A stretch of DNA of 64,000 nt from Felis catus (taxonomy: Eukaryota). Numbering within the stretch: the stretch's first letter is position 1; every line of letters starts with the position of its first letter. Position numbers and translations under genes: made by a program. This document shows, one piece after another, positions 13,781-27,122 of this stretch. The notes under the pieces are model-generated. The model had not been told where the DNA came from. It did not search any database and worked only from the letters and a program-made list of their open reading frames with translations. The stretch covers positions 160,520,001 through 160,584,000 of the forward strand of contig NC_058368.1 of NCBI RefSeq assembly GCF_018350175.1, in the 5' to 3' direction.

Positions 13781-13986
13781 TTAAAATTTTTTTAATACAT
13801 TTATTTTTGAGAGACAGAGCTTGAGTGGGGGAGGGGCAGAGAGACGGGGAGATACAGAATCCAAAGCAGGCTCAAGGATCCTAGCTGTCAGCACAGAGCC
13901 CGACATAGGGCCTGAACCTAGGAACCATGAGATCATGACCTGAGCCAAAGTCGGATGCTTAGCTGACTGAGTCACCCAGGTGCCCC
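13781..13986 (-). mobile_element. CanSINE
   Basis: Antisense 'GACTGAGTCACCCAGGTGCCCC' head, 'GAGATCATGACCTGAGCC', T-rich tail. Confidence 0.95.
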
Positions 13987-14384
13987 AGAAGGTGGCTTTA
14001 TTTTTACTGGTGAATTAATTTTATAATCTTTAGATGTCTATCAATTGAACTTTCTTGGTCAAAATATATTCTGTATGCTACAAAAGAATTCAAACATACT
14101 CTTGTTGTTGAGGAATTATTGTCACAGTAAAAGATAAAATATGTTCAAACACATATCAAGACATTTTTGATTTTTGTTTCACATTAAAATGAAAGAGAAA
14201 AACACCATTTTCATATTTCAAAATTTTGATTGAATTAGCAATATTTACATTGTTTAAAAAAATCCTTCTTGTTAAAATATGAAAATTTTTGCCCAAAACC
14301 TTTGGATTTTCATTTTGATTATTCAAAATTCATTTGGGTCATTGTTTTTTCTTTCCATTTTAGTTACTACTGTAACGTGATTAA

Positions 14385-14602
14385 AAAATTTTTTTTCAGT
14401 GTTTATTTTTGAGAGGCAGAGAGAGACAGAGTATGAGTAGGGAAGGGGCAGAGAGAGAGAGAAGGAGACACAGAATACAAAGCAGGCTCTAGGCTCTGAG
14501 CTGTCAGCGCAGAGCCCGATGCGGGGCTCGAACCCAGGAACTGTGAGGTCATGACCTGGGCCGAAGTTGGATGCCCAACCGACTGAGCCACCCAGGCACC
14601 CC
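14385..14602 (-). mobile_element. CanSINE
   Basis: Antisense 'GACTGAGCCACCCAGGCACCCC' head, several CpGs retained, T tail. Confidence 0.95.
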
Positions 14603-14756
14603 TAACATGTGCTTTATCTAAATACAAAAGGGTTGATCTAAAATCCTCCCATGATTGGTGGCCCTTATCCCTCACACAGAAATTCATGGCCATTTTAATT
14701 TTTGTTGATACACTTAGTTGTGGTCAAGTGAGGCAATAGCTATCTCTATTTACTAT

Positions 14757-14972
14757 GTTTTATTTTTTTAGTTTATTTATTTATTTTGAGATAGAGAGAG
14801 AGAGAGAGCGAGAGTGTACACATAAGTCAGGGAAGGGGAGAGAGAGAATCCTAACCAGGCTCCATGCTGTCAGCACAGAGCACGATGTGGGACTAAACTC
14901 ACAAACCTTGAAATCATGTCTTGAGCTGAGATCAAGAATCAGATGCTTAACTGACTGACTCGCCCAGTGCCC
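14757..14972 (-). mobile_element. CanSINE (older subtype)
   Basis: (GA)n body, 'GAGCTGAGATCAAGAATCAGATGCTTAACTGACTGA', TTTA-type tail. Confidence 0.9.
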
Positions 14973-14996
14973 TAGTGAATTGGAGCTTCTATAAAG

Positions 14997-15068
14997 TGGA
15001 GATGCCAGGGATCGAACCTGGGGCCTCATACATGCAAAGCATATGCTCTACCGTTGAGCTACATCCCC
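14997..15068 (-). tRNA. tRNA-Ala(TGC), diverged gene or pseudogene
   Basis: Reverse complement is GGGGATGTAGCTCAACGGTAGAGCATATGCTTTGCATGTATGAGGCCCCAGGTTCGATCCCTGGCATCTCCA (72 nt). It folds as a cloverleaf: acceptor GGGGATG/CATCTCC with the G3:U70 alanine determinant, D stem GCTC/GAGC, anticodon TGC, T stem CCAGG/CCTGG with a TTCGATC loop. Confidence 0.9.
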
Positions 15069-17814
15069 GTGTAATTAAAAAAAAATGTCTAAACATACAC
15101 TATTACAGATGCATCCACTTTTTGTTTACAATACAGGAAAATATTTATTCATACAGACACACTGAGAACAAGCCATATGTACAGATTTTTGCCTGGTACG
15201 TTTTTTGTCTTTTAATTTTATTTACTAGAGAACTTCATATTAGTGTATGTCCTTATTCTGTATGGATAGTATGAAGACTCTTCTTTTATCGTTTGGTCCT
15301 GCAGTGTTTCTTGTATTACGTCTTCATTTAATCCTGAGAGGGGTTATTCTGAAATATTAAATTTCTTTTATGAAAGTTGACATGCTAATTGCATACAGTT
15401 CTGAACATGTGCAATTTCCCAAACTTTTCACTTCAAAGTATAGACCAACACTTTGCACCTTTGTTCAATAGAACATCAGGATCCCTCTTTTAGGTTTGGA
15501 AACTATAAGCTATTTTATCTTACCTTAGGATATCTATAATTCACATTACCATGTTAAAGGCTATAGAATGTCATACTCTGAAGAAATCAGCTTAATTCTG
15601 TTTACACTAGTGTTTTCCCATTTTAGACCATCATATCTTTATTATTATTTTCCTTAACTCTTAGATAGTGGTGTAAATAAGTACTCTGTATAACTGGAAA
15701 GTCTTGTAATTTCTTTGGCTCTACTAATACCTTTCTTGTAAATACTCTGAAGATCTTTGCAAAGCTATGACCTAGTGGGTTGAGATTCTTCCCTGTTGTC
15801 CATTTTATGAAATATGCCTGCTGCATGTGCCTAAGAGTGAATGCCATCCCCATCTTTTCGGCAGTGGTGGGAATTTCTGTAAACCACCTTGACTGTAGAA
15901 TAGAATTAATTTGGGGCTAAGTAATACTTCAGTGATTGCTCCTTGCTTAATCAAAAAGAATTACTTTGCTTACTTTTGTCCATGCCTAATTCATCTTACA
16001 TTATAAATACTAAAACTAAGGTTTTGATGTTTAATTTTGTCATGCTAAGCTTTTCTGCTTGAAATGACTGGACTAAGTAGTTGATCAAGTCATATGTCAA
16101 TACTTATATCTGTATACACATTTTTTGTCTACACACACACACACACAGACACACAAATAATATCCTGTATAAAATATCTACTAAGACAGGCAAAGCAAAC
16201 TTACCTTCCTGTAGTTTAGAGACTAATATATACACAGTATGTGTCTAACTTCCTCTGTACTGTCAGTCACAAATCTCTAAACTGTTTTTTTAGCTAGGAA
16301 AGAAGTGGATGCTTACTTAGACATTGAAGAAAGGTTCAGAACCAACATTTTAATGTGGAGATTAGCCCAGGAGAAACAGATGGCAAAGTAGGACTCCAAC
16401 CTCTTTTTTGATGCTAGGAAGTATGGTTGGACAGGTGCCCCTCCTGTGACCTTGTATCCACTCTTGTTGAGGACCTGAATCCTGGTGGATTGATGCAGAG
16501 CCATGGAAGAGTTTCGCAGCAGAGGAGAGTTCCCACAACAGTGATGTTGGGGCAGGATCCTAGTCTGACTCTTCCTTTGGTAAGAACTGGAGTGTTTGCT
16601 GCTGCCTAGTCACCACTCTTCTTTGTTCCCACTTAATTCCTGGGCCTGTTCACTGGGTATTTATTCAATTCTGTGACTTCTCTGTTATCCTTAACGTGAT
16701 ACATTTGCTTCTTAAATTAGAATTGTTTGTGTAGCTTGATTGACATACCTATTGTGAAAGGCCTACGGTAGAGGGAAAGAAGAAGAGAGGAAAATCAGTG
16801 TATAAAGAACATCACATTAGCTGTGAGAATTAAAACCTCAGTAGCAAATCCCCAGCAACCAAGGGAGGAAAATCTGAAGTACACTATTTGAAATGAACTG
16901 AAATACTTAGTTTCTATAGGTTCTTCTCTACGAGGAATTGAGAGCCATGTGTGCATGCTCTTTAAACTGATTCTCTTGGAATTCTCTGACTTTGATAAGA
17001 ATGAGGACAGTGATTGAAATCCAAGTCTATAAGAGCTTATTAAGGTTCGTTTCATTTGTACAGCTTTCTATAATCAAGTTAAGTTAAACTATCATAAATA
17101 TATTGCATTGTCTGTTATGCTTTTTAAAATGGAATTTTTAATTCTATATTTTCTTCATGCTTGGCAATATTTTTTTCAATCACTGTGTACAGATGACTCC
17201 ATTAAGTTGCATCACGTTCTCTTTCCGTGAACATTTTGCATATATAAATAGGCCTCAGGCATATTGTAGAAGGAGAATTGTGGTTTTGGAACTCTGAATC
17301 TTCTCCCCTTCCCTTACCAACTCTGGTATCTCCTGTCTTCGGCTTTCTGGTCACCACTTAGGCCCCTTGATTCTCAGCTATATGACTTAATGAAATTTGA
17401 ATTTCTCCTTGAACCCTCCATCTCCTCGGCCCCCTTTTTAGTCAGTTGCAAAGTGATATAAATGCAAGTCTCCACTGGAGCCTGACTGGTCTCTTGTAAC
17501 TGGGCTCTCATGATTTTTAAGCTGGGCTCCTATAATTATCACATGGCTTTCCCACTTGATTCCATGAAACAATTTACCTTCCTGGTTTGCCCCTTCCAAA
17601 TCTTGAAAATGGACTCCCCACTCTGGCATGTGTGGCCCTTCACAGTATGACTCACACCATGTGTCCAGGTTGGTGAGCCTCAGTAGTTCTCCTAGGATTT
17701 TTCTATCCTGTATTCAAACTCACCCACATGTTGAAACACATTTAAGTTCCCCACTTCTGTGTTTTTGGTTCTTTTTGCTATTTCTGCTACAGTTCAGAAT
17801 AACTGACCTATACA

Positions 17815-18020
17815 AATTAGTTATTACGTGCCAAGCTTTCCCTAAGCTTTTTATTTGTTTTATTTCACATAATATTCATAGTAACCCTGTGAAGTAGAAA
17901 CTGAAATTGTACTCATTTTATAGCTGCAGGAACTGAGAACCAAAACACAGAAGTAACATGCCCAAGGCGGCAAGTCCAATAAGTGAAGGAACCAGAATCT
18001 GACCCCAGGGAATCTTAACC
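17815..18020 (-). mobile_element. MIR SINE relic
   Basis: Antisense MIR core 'CATTTTATAGCTGCAGGAACTGAG...AAGTAACATGCCCAAGG'. Confidence 0.8.
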
Positions 18021-18544
18021 AGCAACGTCACCTAATTAATGAACATATGTTGGATAGATAAAAATATTCAAGAGGACGTGTTCATTACTTCATCATGGTT
18101 ACCATTCAGGATGGATAGTAAAATGTCATTTTTCTTGTTAGTGTTCATAATAAAGAAAAGGGGGAAGAAACGGCCCCTATACTGTGTACAAAATTCTACT
18201 CATCTTTCAAATTCCATGTCAAATGATATTCCTTGGAGGAAGATTTTCTTCACTCTCCCCAGATGAAATCCGTTCTCTTTTCAACCCCCCATACTACCTT
18301 TGTCCCATTTCCCTTACCCACTCTATTTTGGCAGGGATTAGGACTCTTCTAGTGGCTCATATTCCCCCTTTGTGTTTCCTTTAGGCTGTCAGCTATCTTC
18401 CTTATCCCTTTGTCTCCTTATCCCTAATCTCATATCTTCCTTATCCCTTTGTCCCCTGAAAACAGTAGGTACTCAAAAGTATTTGTTATTAGTATCAAAC
18501 TTTTCTGGACACAGAATTACAAACAATAACAGCTAAACTTACAT

Positions 18545-18573
18545 TGCCTTTGATGCCTTTGATGCCTTTGATG
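18545..18573. repeat. 9-bp tandem repeat (TGCCTTTGA)x3
   Basis: TGCCTTTGA TGCCTTTGA TGCCTTTGA TG, read directly. Confidence 0.95.
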
Positions 18574-20278
18574 TCCAAATGGAAGCATTGTTATTATTTA
18601 CTTAAGAAATTCTTATACTACAGAAATGTATTTTTATGTTTATTCACAGTTTGAAAATAAATATCTTACATGCTTTTCTGTGACTTTCATTATTAAAATA
18701 TGGGAGTACTCCATCAGTTTTCAAGGAGGGCTCCTGTTTATAGGTATCCAGCTATAATTTTAATCTCTGTTTCCATATAATGGCCAGTTTCCACATGATT
18801 GTATAATCAGAAAGACTACAAAGTTACCTATGCACAGGGGGTTGAGAAATCCAACGTAAATTTGGGAAGAGGTGCAGGATATATATGAGAATACCTTTCA
18901 CATGTGACCTGATTTGATGATTTTAGATGGTGTTTGTTTTTCAAGCTATACTATAGAATTAAAAATAGCAGTGTAGGCAAATAGGCATTAATCCATGAGA
19001 GGCTAGAGGCAGGAAAGCAGCCATAGCAACCACGACTCCATTTATACAATTAGTACTCTAAAATGAAGAGCACGTAGCTGGGTGAATGCCTTTGTTTTTT
19101 TCCTCAGTGTATGATCAACTGGTACAGAACAATGTCACTGTGGAATATAGCTTTGAAGTTCATTTCCCCTCTTTGTCTGATAATGTGTGATTTATCAAAT
19201 TGATCTGACAAGTAAAGATGCATAAAAGAGACAAAAGAAAGTGTATTTTCTTTACAGTGTCATAGTAAGAAGAATGTTGGCTACAGTGTAAAGGATAGAT
19301 ACATATTGTGTATATTGTTTATTCTCATCATGGTTGCAGCATCTGCCAGAGTGTAAGAACGCCTGGGATAATTTCATTTTTTGACATTCCGGTATATTGA
19401 AAACAAGAAATAAAGAAAAAGAAATTGGTAACAGAGGCTGCAACAATAATTTTAAGATGTATGACTTTGACTTTTGCAAAGTCCGTACTTTATCCTCCCT
19501 AATCTTGTCCCTAATATCACCAGAATTATACACTTTGTAATGGCCAGTAAATTCAGTATTTTTAAATAAGGTTTGAAACAAAATACTTCCTTTCCTTCTT
19601 ACATGCCATAGATTTTTGTTAAGTTTTTGCACATTAAAGTTTTATAGAAACTTTTCTAGAAAGAAAAAGAAAAGGAGAAAATTAACAGGAAAGGAAGAGT
19701 TTCAGGAGAGTTCCATGATAGAAGAAAAAGCACCTTGGCATTTCAAAAAAGTATTGAGATGAGTGCTCAACAAATAAGATGCATTTTGAACAATGCTCTA
19801 TCCGGGCATATCTTCAAACAATGGAGCTCCTTTGTGATCAGGCAACCCATGACAAACCTTCAAGAGTTACAAACCTTTGGAAATTCCTCTCCATTGTCAG
19901 ACCTTGAGGAGCAGAGGCTCAGCCACAAAGTGCAAAAGCAATTTCATGGGAGGTTGTGCCATGACTTACTACATAGAACACAAGGGGCTAGCAGGTTGAA
20001 GTATTAGCAGTTAAAATAGGCGATGGGGTTTGCACTGAAGTGTCACTGCCATTTCCCTTGTCCCCATGAATGTCTCCAAAGCTGGGTGGGTCATGTCTCC
20101 ATGACCTGGGTGAATGAGGATCAAGCTCATTTCTCTGCATTCAGTTCTTTGAACATTTCCCTGAAACATGTCCTCGTCCTGGTTGATTAAGTAATTCAAA
20201 ATTTGACTTGCAGTGTTACAGACTGAGGTTGTCAGTGCCATAGGAAAGATGAAAACTATTTGAAAGAAAGCTACTGAC

Positions 20279-20389
20279 AAGGTGAGCAAGTGTCTTGGTG
20301 GCCCTGGAACTGTCCCAGTTAATGCCCTGCAATTCCTGCCGCCCAACAAACACCTCAGTCTCAGGCAAGCCAGGACGGTTGGTCGCCCC
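20279..20389. mobile_element. Non-autonomous hAT-Blackjack fossil (MER81/MER94-like)
   Basis: About 110 bp with degenerate terminal inverted repeats 'AAGGTGAGCAAGTGTC...' and '...GGACGGTTGGTCGCCC', resembling AGGGTGACCAAC-type ends. Confidence 0.7.
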
Positions 20390-21101
20390 AGAGAGATGAT
20401 TAAAGAATAAAACCTCTCTAGTTTCAAAGGTAATTTTTTTCTCAAGAAGCCTTTTCTCCTAAGGCTTCTTTAACACAGGTAATGTTTTCTCAATTTCAAG
20501 ATACCATTCCAGGTCCATCTGTTTAGACAGGCTTTCTTCCGTTGATGGGGGAGATAAACTACTGTTATTTCTCTTTTGCATTTATGAGGCTCTTTTCTCC
20601 GTATGCATAAAATGCTTTCTAAATATCTCATTAATCCTCACAACGTCCCTGTTGGTAGGGGAGCAGGCATTATAACTTCAGGTAGTGCAGATTCTTGTCA
20701 CTCTAATAATGGCATTTTATTACTTAGCTTAATGTGATTTTATTGCAGTTTCCCGGAAGTTTGAAACCGAATATCTTTTGCAAATGGAGATAGTAAATAA
20801 AGAAAAATATCATCTTGAATGTAAATGCTTGAGAAGAAATGCTGAAGATTGACAGTGAGATTTGAGATGGTAGAACACATGGTACTTTCTCTCCTACTTT
20901 TGGCTTGCATTCAGCTTTTCCACTTTAAGTCTGTTGGTTTAGCTAGCTTAAAATTGTTTCCTATGTAAATGCTTAAAACTTCTCAAGACTTCACTATGTT
21001 TTAATGTGAAGTGGGCAATTTTAGAGTTGGAGGAGATGCTAGAGATCACCTAGTGGTCCCTAGTAATTCTGCTTGTTAATTTCTTATTCAGATGAGGAGG
21101 G

Positions 21102-21267
21102 GTAGTGTGGTTTAGTGGCAGAATTCTAGACTGAATTTTTGCCTTTTTCTGTGTCTGTCAGGCTACGGAACTGTAGCAAGGCTCTCATTCCCTCTGAATC
21201 TGTTTCTCCATCTTGAAAATGAGAAAGTTGAACTAAGTAATTACTGGAGTTCTCTCCAATTCTGAGG
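21102..21267 (+). mobile_element. MIR3-like SINE relic
   Basis: 'GTAGTGTGGTTTAGTGG' head and core 'TCTGTTTCTCCATCTTGAAAATGAGAAAGTTGAACTAAG'. Confidence 0.6.
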
Positions 21268-24200
21268 CAATAGAGAACAGATGCTTTGGGAGCGTGTGAT
21301 GGGGCTGCGACCATGGAGCCAGAACCCACACCCAAGTCTCTGTATCCCTGTTCCAATGAGCCTCACACATAGCTAAGCTATCTCTCCTTGTAAATTTGTA
21401 AGTTCTTTTTTTTTTTTTTTTTAAGAATCCTACTTTCTGTCCCCTGAAATACAGCTGTATTGAATATTTTCCCTGTGGTTTTTCTGCCTCTATCTTCTGA
21501 GATTGAAAATACAGTGAAACTTGCTTAGAAGACCACCTGGATTCATAGACCACCTGCCTAAACAAATTTGCCAAGCACTGATTCTATTTCCTAGAGGTGT
21601 GCTGCATCTGGTGGCCACCTGCTCTATGGGTCTGTGATCAGATCACCAAATACACTTAGTGGCAAAGTCAGGATTTTTCAGTAGGAACATAATGAAAACC
21701 ACAATCCTCCCCCAAATTGGTAGGAAATTAAGCCTTGAAAGTCACAAATATTTCTTGCTTAACATAAATTCGTTTGATACAACTTATAGCTTAAGAATTC
21801 AATCAAATTTCTATTCACCCTAATTAGTAGTAATTCTGATCTATTTATCATACTTTTTCCTCTCCTTTTATTTGTATTGAAATACTCTTTTCTTTCCATG
21901 GAGCAAAAACTGGTACACATTTTGATTTTTTTTATTTGCGTATTATCTCACAGAGACTGAAAACATAATCATTTCCATTTTACAACCAAGGGAGTGTTCA
22001 CCATATGAGGAAATGATGGAGAGATTAAAGCAGAAATCATTTCTGGATTCCCAAGCCTGTGTTTTATCCATTAAGGCTGTTTTCACGTCAGTATTTCATC
22101 TCCACCTCTGGCAGGTTTTACAGCATGAATTCTGTCTTGGGCAGTGGGACCATTTTCACTCTGCTATATAATTAAGATAGAATGGTCACACAAGTGATTT
22201 GCAGTGGCTCTAGAAATGGTAAAGTTGCTACCTTTACGCTGTCAGGCATTTATTTTTTTTTCCTCCAAACATTAAATTAAACAAACTGTTTAATTGCCTG
22301 AGCAGCTATACTCATCTCTTGGGAATTAAAGTTTGCATCCGAGTGAATGTGAAAGTAGACACTTTATGCAAGCTACCGGTCAAGCAACAAGCTCACTGAG
22401 TAGAGATTATGCCACTGATTATGAGTCTAACACATCCTAAATGATAACTTCGCGGGTCTTGTAGGAATGTCCTTACCTTTGTCATACTCTATTTTAAATT
22501 CTTCTTTGGGTCACAGATTCCAAGATATGTTGGAGATTTACTGCTGGGTATTATAATTAGGCTTAGTATATTTCATCACACCTAAGGCAAACTGTATTTT
22601 GTGAATGACCAAGTAAGTAAAAATCCTTCCAGTTCAGCTTTCATAGACTTCAAAGCCTAAAAAAAAAAGTGCATTGTAGAATTGATGCAATGTTGTTTGA
22701 AAAAAATTCTCATCTGTTGCCCCAGACCTAGGTCAGGATTGTGTGGATTTACACATTGTCACGAAAGCTGTTACCTGTTAGTTGTGACAGGATCTAATAT
22801 GGGGTACCATTATAAGAGACTGTCATTTCAGCTAGGAAAGTGAGAGATGCAGTGTTGGAGAGAGTAATTTTTTTTTTCTAATCCTATGGACTAAAATAGC
22901 TGTTTTTACGCAGATAATTCAAATATTTTCCAAGGGATTCACTTTCTCTTGAATAACTCATTTGAGATCTGAAAATACTTGATGCTATTTTGAGGGAGGA
23001 GACATCCTTACTGCAAACAGGCCTTAAACAATGCCTGAAACCCAGTGCAACAAATCTTTCATTTCTTCTTTTTTCCTGGTTCATAAATCTGTTGGGTAGT
23101 GAATACACAAAATCTAGAAGCAAAGCATTGCTGTATTATTCGGTGCTGACATTTGTATGTGAATAACAGCATCATTTAATATTTTCTTCAACCATCAACC
23201 AAATGCTTTCTGACATTATACTCTAATTTTGCAAGATACAGAATCAGGTGTCATAAATGACAGAGGAGGTAAGCTGCAAGAGTCAGTTTAATGTCTCATT
23301 TTTCTCATTTTCCAGGGGTTGAGATAGATGGAAACATTCTGAAAAATTCACTTCTATGCATATGAATCTTCATAAATGCAAATTCTATTGACTTTAACAT
23401 TCAATTTGCTAGCAAGCCTGAAAGGTTTGAAATTGCACTTGAAAATGCCTTCTTTTTGGCAGTCAACAATAAATATTTTCCAAGCAGTTGATGACATTAG
23501 GATTAAGTCAAAGTAAAACTACATTTCAGTGCTTGAAGATTAAATGTACATTTCTATTCACAGTTGGCAATATCACCATCTCTCTAATGTGGCAAATAGG
23601 GAAGCTTTGACACCATTTTTGTTTTCCCCAACAACAAACTCACTTGATGCATAGTGTGTACTAGATATATGTTCATTGAATTAAAAAACGTCATCACTCA
23701 ATAAATCATTAATTAGTTCATTCAAGAAATATCTTTTGATCACTTTCTTTTTGTCAGTTCTCCAAGGAAACATTACAAATGCTTTCTAGTTTGCAGCCCA
23801 CTCTTGTCCTTTCCTCTTTATATTTTTTTCTCACTATAAAATAGACTTGATTATCTTCAGCTTGGCTGCTAGTACCTCATTTTCACTTGATTTCCCATTT
23901 CCAGGATTGAGTACTTTTCATCTGTCTGGCTATTACTGTCAGAGCTGACTTCTTCATCTGTCACACTGACCCATCTTTGCCTACCCGAAGCCCTTCATCA
24001 ATTTTCCATTGCATTGAACACCAAGTCTGCAATATTCTCATTCCTAAAGCCTTTCACCAGTAAGAGCAAATGATTTTCCCTTTTCTATCCTCACCTCTCC
24101 CAATCTCTTTTGCTTGTCTAGAACTTGCCTTCTTTGGTGTGTCTCATTTAAACTGTCAACATTTTCATCCTTTTAAAATCACAGTTTGTTTTGGCATGCC

Positions 24201-24882
24201 CTCCTAAAACATTGTCTAGGCAATTTAAATAGTTTCTGAAGTTTAATTGTTTTCACTTAAGTTTTGCAGACTATTCAAATTAGTAAAAACATACAATCAT
24301 CCTGACCAGTCAAGATAATGAGATTTCCTTTCATTGTGATATCATCTGTCTTATAATAATGGAAAGTACTCACCCCAGATTATGTTACATAGAGCATTGT
24401 ATATTTCATTTAGTTCATTCAGTGTAGGACTTCCATTGTTTGTATAGTTTATAAACGGTTCCCTATGTCTATGTGGTCTTGTTGAAGCTAGAGACTGTTG
24501 AAATAAATTTCTCTGAAAATAAAAAGCATACTGTATATCCAATTAAGTTCTTAATTTTGACTGCTTCTCTGATTTAGTAGGTATTCTTAGAACAGAGTAT
24601 AATAACCAGACTTTCAAACTCTCTGGGAAAGAGGTCAGCAATTAGTATAATGACACTTTATTTTTTTTTTAATTTAATGCCAGTAGTTTATACATAAATA
24701 ATAAAGTTCCTTCCATAACACTTGATAGTTTTTTATTTCTCTCCTCTAAATATGCATAAGAAAAATAGAGGAGAACTGATTAAAATTCCATGGTCCCAGA
24801 CACTCTAGCAGCAGCAATTTTAATTTATTTATTCTGCAGTGGATCCCAGAAATACACAATTGTATATTAAGAAGTTATTTTC

Positions 24883-25277
24883 TGTTAGGGACTGGATGTT
24901 TGTGCCCCCCCCCCCAAATTAATATTTTGAGGCTTTCATATTTAATATGATGGCATTTAGAGGTGAAGCCTTTGGTAGATAATTAGGTTTATCTGAGGTC
25001 ATGAAGGTGGGGACTCTGTGATGGGATTAGGGCCCCTGGAAGACGGGGAGAGATGAGAACTTGCTCCCTCCATGTGCATGCACCTGGGAAAGGCCATGTG
25101 AGGACACAGCAAGAAGTCAGTGCTCCACAAGCCAGGTAGAGAGCTATCACCAGAAAACCAACTGCAAGGGCTTGATCTTGGGCTTTCGTGCCTCCAGAAC
25201 TGAGAAAATAAATGTCTGTTATTTAAGCCACCATGTCTGTGGTATTTTGTAATGGCAGCTCTGGAAGATTAAGAGCA
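24883..25277 (+). mobile_element. MaLR solo LTR (MLT1A-like)
   Basis: TG...CA ends, 'GTTTGTGCCCCCC...AAATT', 'GCCATGTGAGGACACAGCAAGAAG', 'CCTCCAGAACTGAGAAAATAAATGTCTGTTATTTAAGCCACC'. Confidence 0.9.
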
Positions 25278-27002
25278 CTTGTTACTATGCTTTCTGATAA
25301 TTTGATTTTTTTTTATTAGCCCCTGTCAGCAGTTTGATTTATTACAGTATTTGCCTGCAATAAAAGACTCACTGAAACTAGAACTGTTATCCCTATTTCT
25401 TACCATTACCATTGGATGGTATATTCTATTGCATCATTTTACCTTTTTATTGGAATTTATGTCAAACACAGGAGACTTTCAGATTTTGTGCTTTATACAT
25501 TCTGTGGGAGACATTAGTCTCCTATAATACCATGCTTTATTTTGACCTTTTTACAATTTTGAAATGAAATTGGCTATTAGTCCTATTGTATCATTTCACA
25601 GATTCAAAACAGTCTTTGCAAAAGAGTTATCAGGGCCACTTGTGACAAGAATATGTTGTGCAACAAATAGAAACTTCAGAAATAACTAGTTCTTCTTGAT
25701 ATTGGACAAAGGTGTCAAGCTATGTGGAAATTAAACGTTCTTGCAGCAGAGAGATAATACCAGAGGGGAATTTTGTTTAAATTTTGAACACTGTTTATAG
25801 AAATATTTTGTTTTCTTCCTCATATACTTCCCTCTTCTTCCAGAGGTAGCAAAGGAGCTAATTTTCTCCTCCATTTCCCTATGAGGCACTATCTCTTCCC
25901 TAGCTACAAAACTACCCTCCATTCCCACTCTTGTATTTCAATTTCCTTATCTTTGTCCACCTCTGGTGGCCAGAGAATTGTCAGTTAAACAACTGTTTTT
26001 TTCAGAATGTAAGAGATCTTAAGACACATTTTCTACTTTGAATATTTTCTTTATACCCATAAGAGCGTTCAAGATTTTGTTTTCAGAAGAAAAATTTAAT
26101 TTCTATCTGTTCTAAATACTTGTAATTCCTCATACAACTCTCTATAGTATGAATGACTATATGTTATTTAGAGTGTTACCATTGCTCAAACACCATCTTA
26201 GCTACTTTGGCATTATGTAGACTACTCAAAAAGGCATATACCTTGATAAGTCACAGGTTGAGAATGAGAGCTGGTCTGTATAGTACTTAGAGGGTTAGGA
26301 ATTTTATCTCTAATGGTCTTGTGAAGATACTGATCATATATCTCTTGCTAGAACTTAAAAGCATTGGAGGTCTTCTTTTACCCATGGATTAAGAAAGAAA
26401 ACACATTAAAACAAAAAAAGTGAATGAACAAAAATTTTATAGACATTTTAATAAAGTTTACATGTGCCAATAATATACAATGTGCTATAAATATTTCGGT
26501 GGAATTCTGATATAAATTTTAAATTCCTCAGTACGCAGGGGTGAAAATTTATGTCCAACTAATCCTTCGGAATTTTCTTTTCTCTGGTTTGGTCTCAATA
26601 TCATTTTCTCTACATTTGTTTAAATTCTAACCTTTTATAGGTAGGTATTATACCGGATAAAAGATCCCCCAAGTTTGGAGGCAAGGTGACCTTGGCATTG
26701 ACTGTGTGTGGACTCTGTTACTTGCTGATTATTCTACTTTAGCCTGTTCACCCTTCTGAGTCATAGTTGCTTTAAATGATATATGGAAGTAAGATTACAT
26801 AATGTAACATATACAAAGTACTGATTGGAATAGCTAATAAGTGCCAAAGGTGGCTCTTAGTGGATGGTGGCTGCTATTATGGTGGAGTTGTGATGATGAT
26901 ATATACCTTTTGATCTTTAATGTGTTAGCTTCTCTAAGTTAAGTCCTGACCTCCAAAAATAGTTTTCACCATAAATTTGAGGGTTTAAAAAAAATCTTCC
27001 TT

Positions 27003-27122
27003 GGGGCCCCTGGCTGGCTCAGTCAGTAGAGTATGTGACTCTTGATGGTTGTAAGTCATAAGTTCAAGCCCCACATTGAGGGTAGGGATTACTTAAAAAT
27101 AAAAATAAATAAATAAAAATTT
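27003..27122 (+). mobile_element. Short CanSINE (tRNA-like part plus A-rich tail, no CT segment)
   Basis: 'GGGGCCCCTGGCTGGCTCAGTCAGTAGAG...AGTTCAAGCCCCAC...GATTACTTAAAAATAAAA'. Confidence 0.9.

Noticed and set aside
20011..20445. 144-aa minus-strand ORF (and the neighbouring 19735..20007 ORF)
   Set aside because: Non-ATG starts; the longer one runs through a MER81-like fossil; no protein family recognisable.
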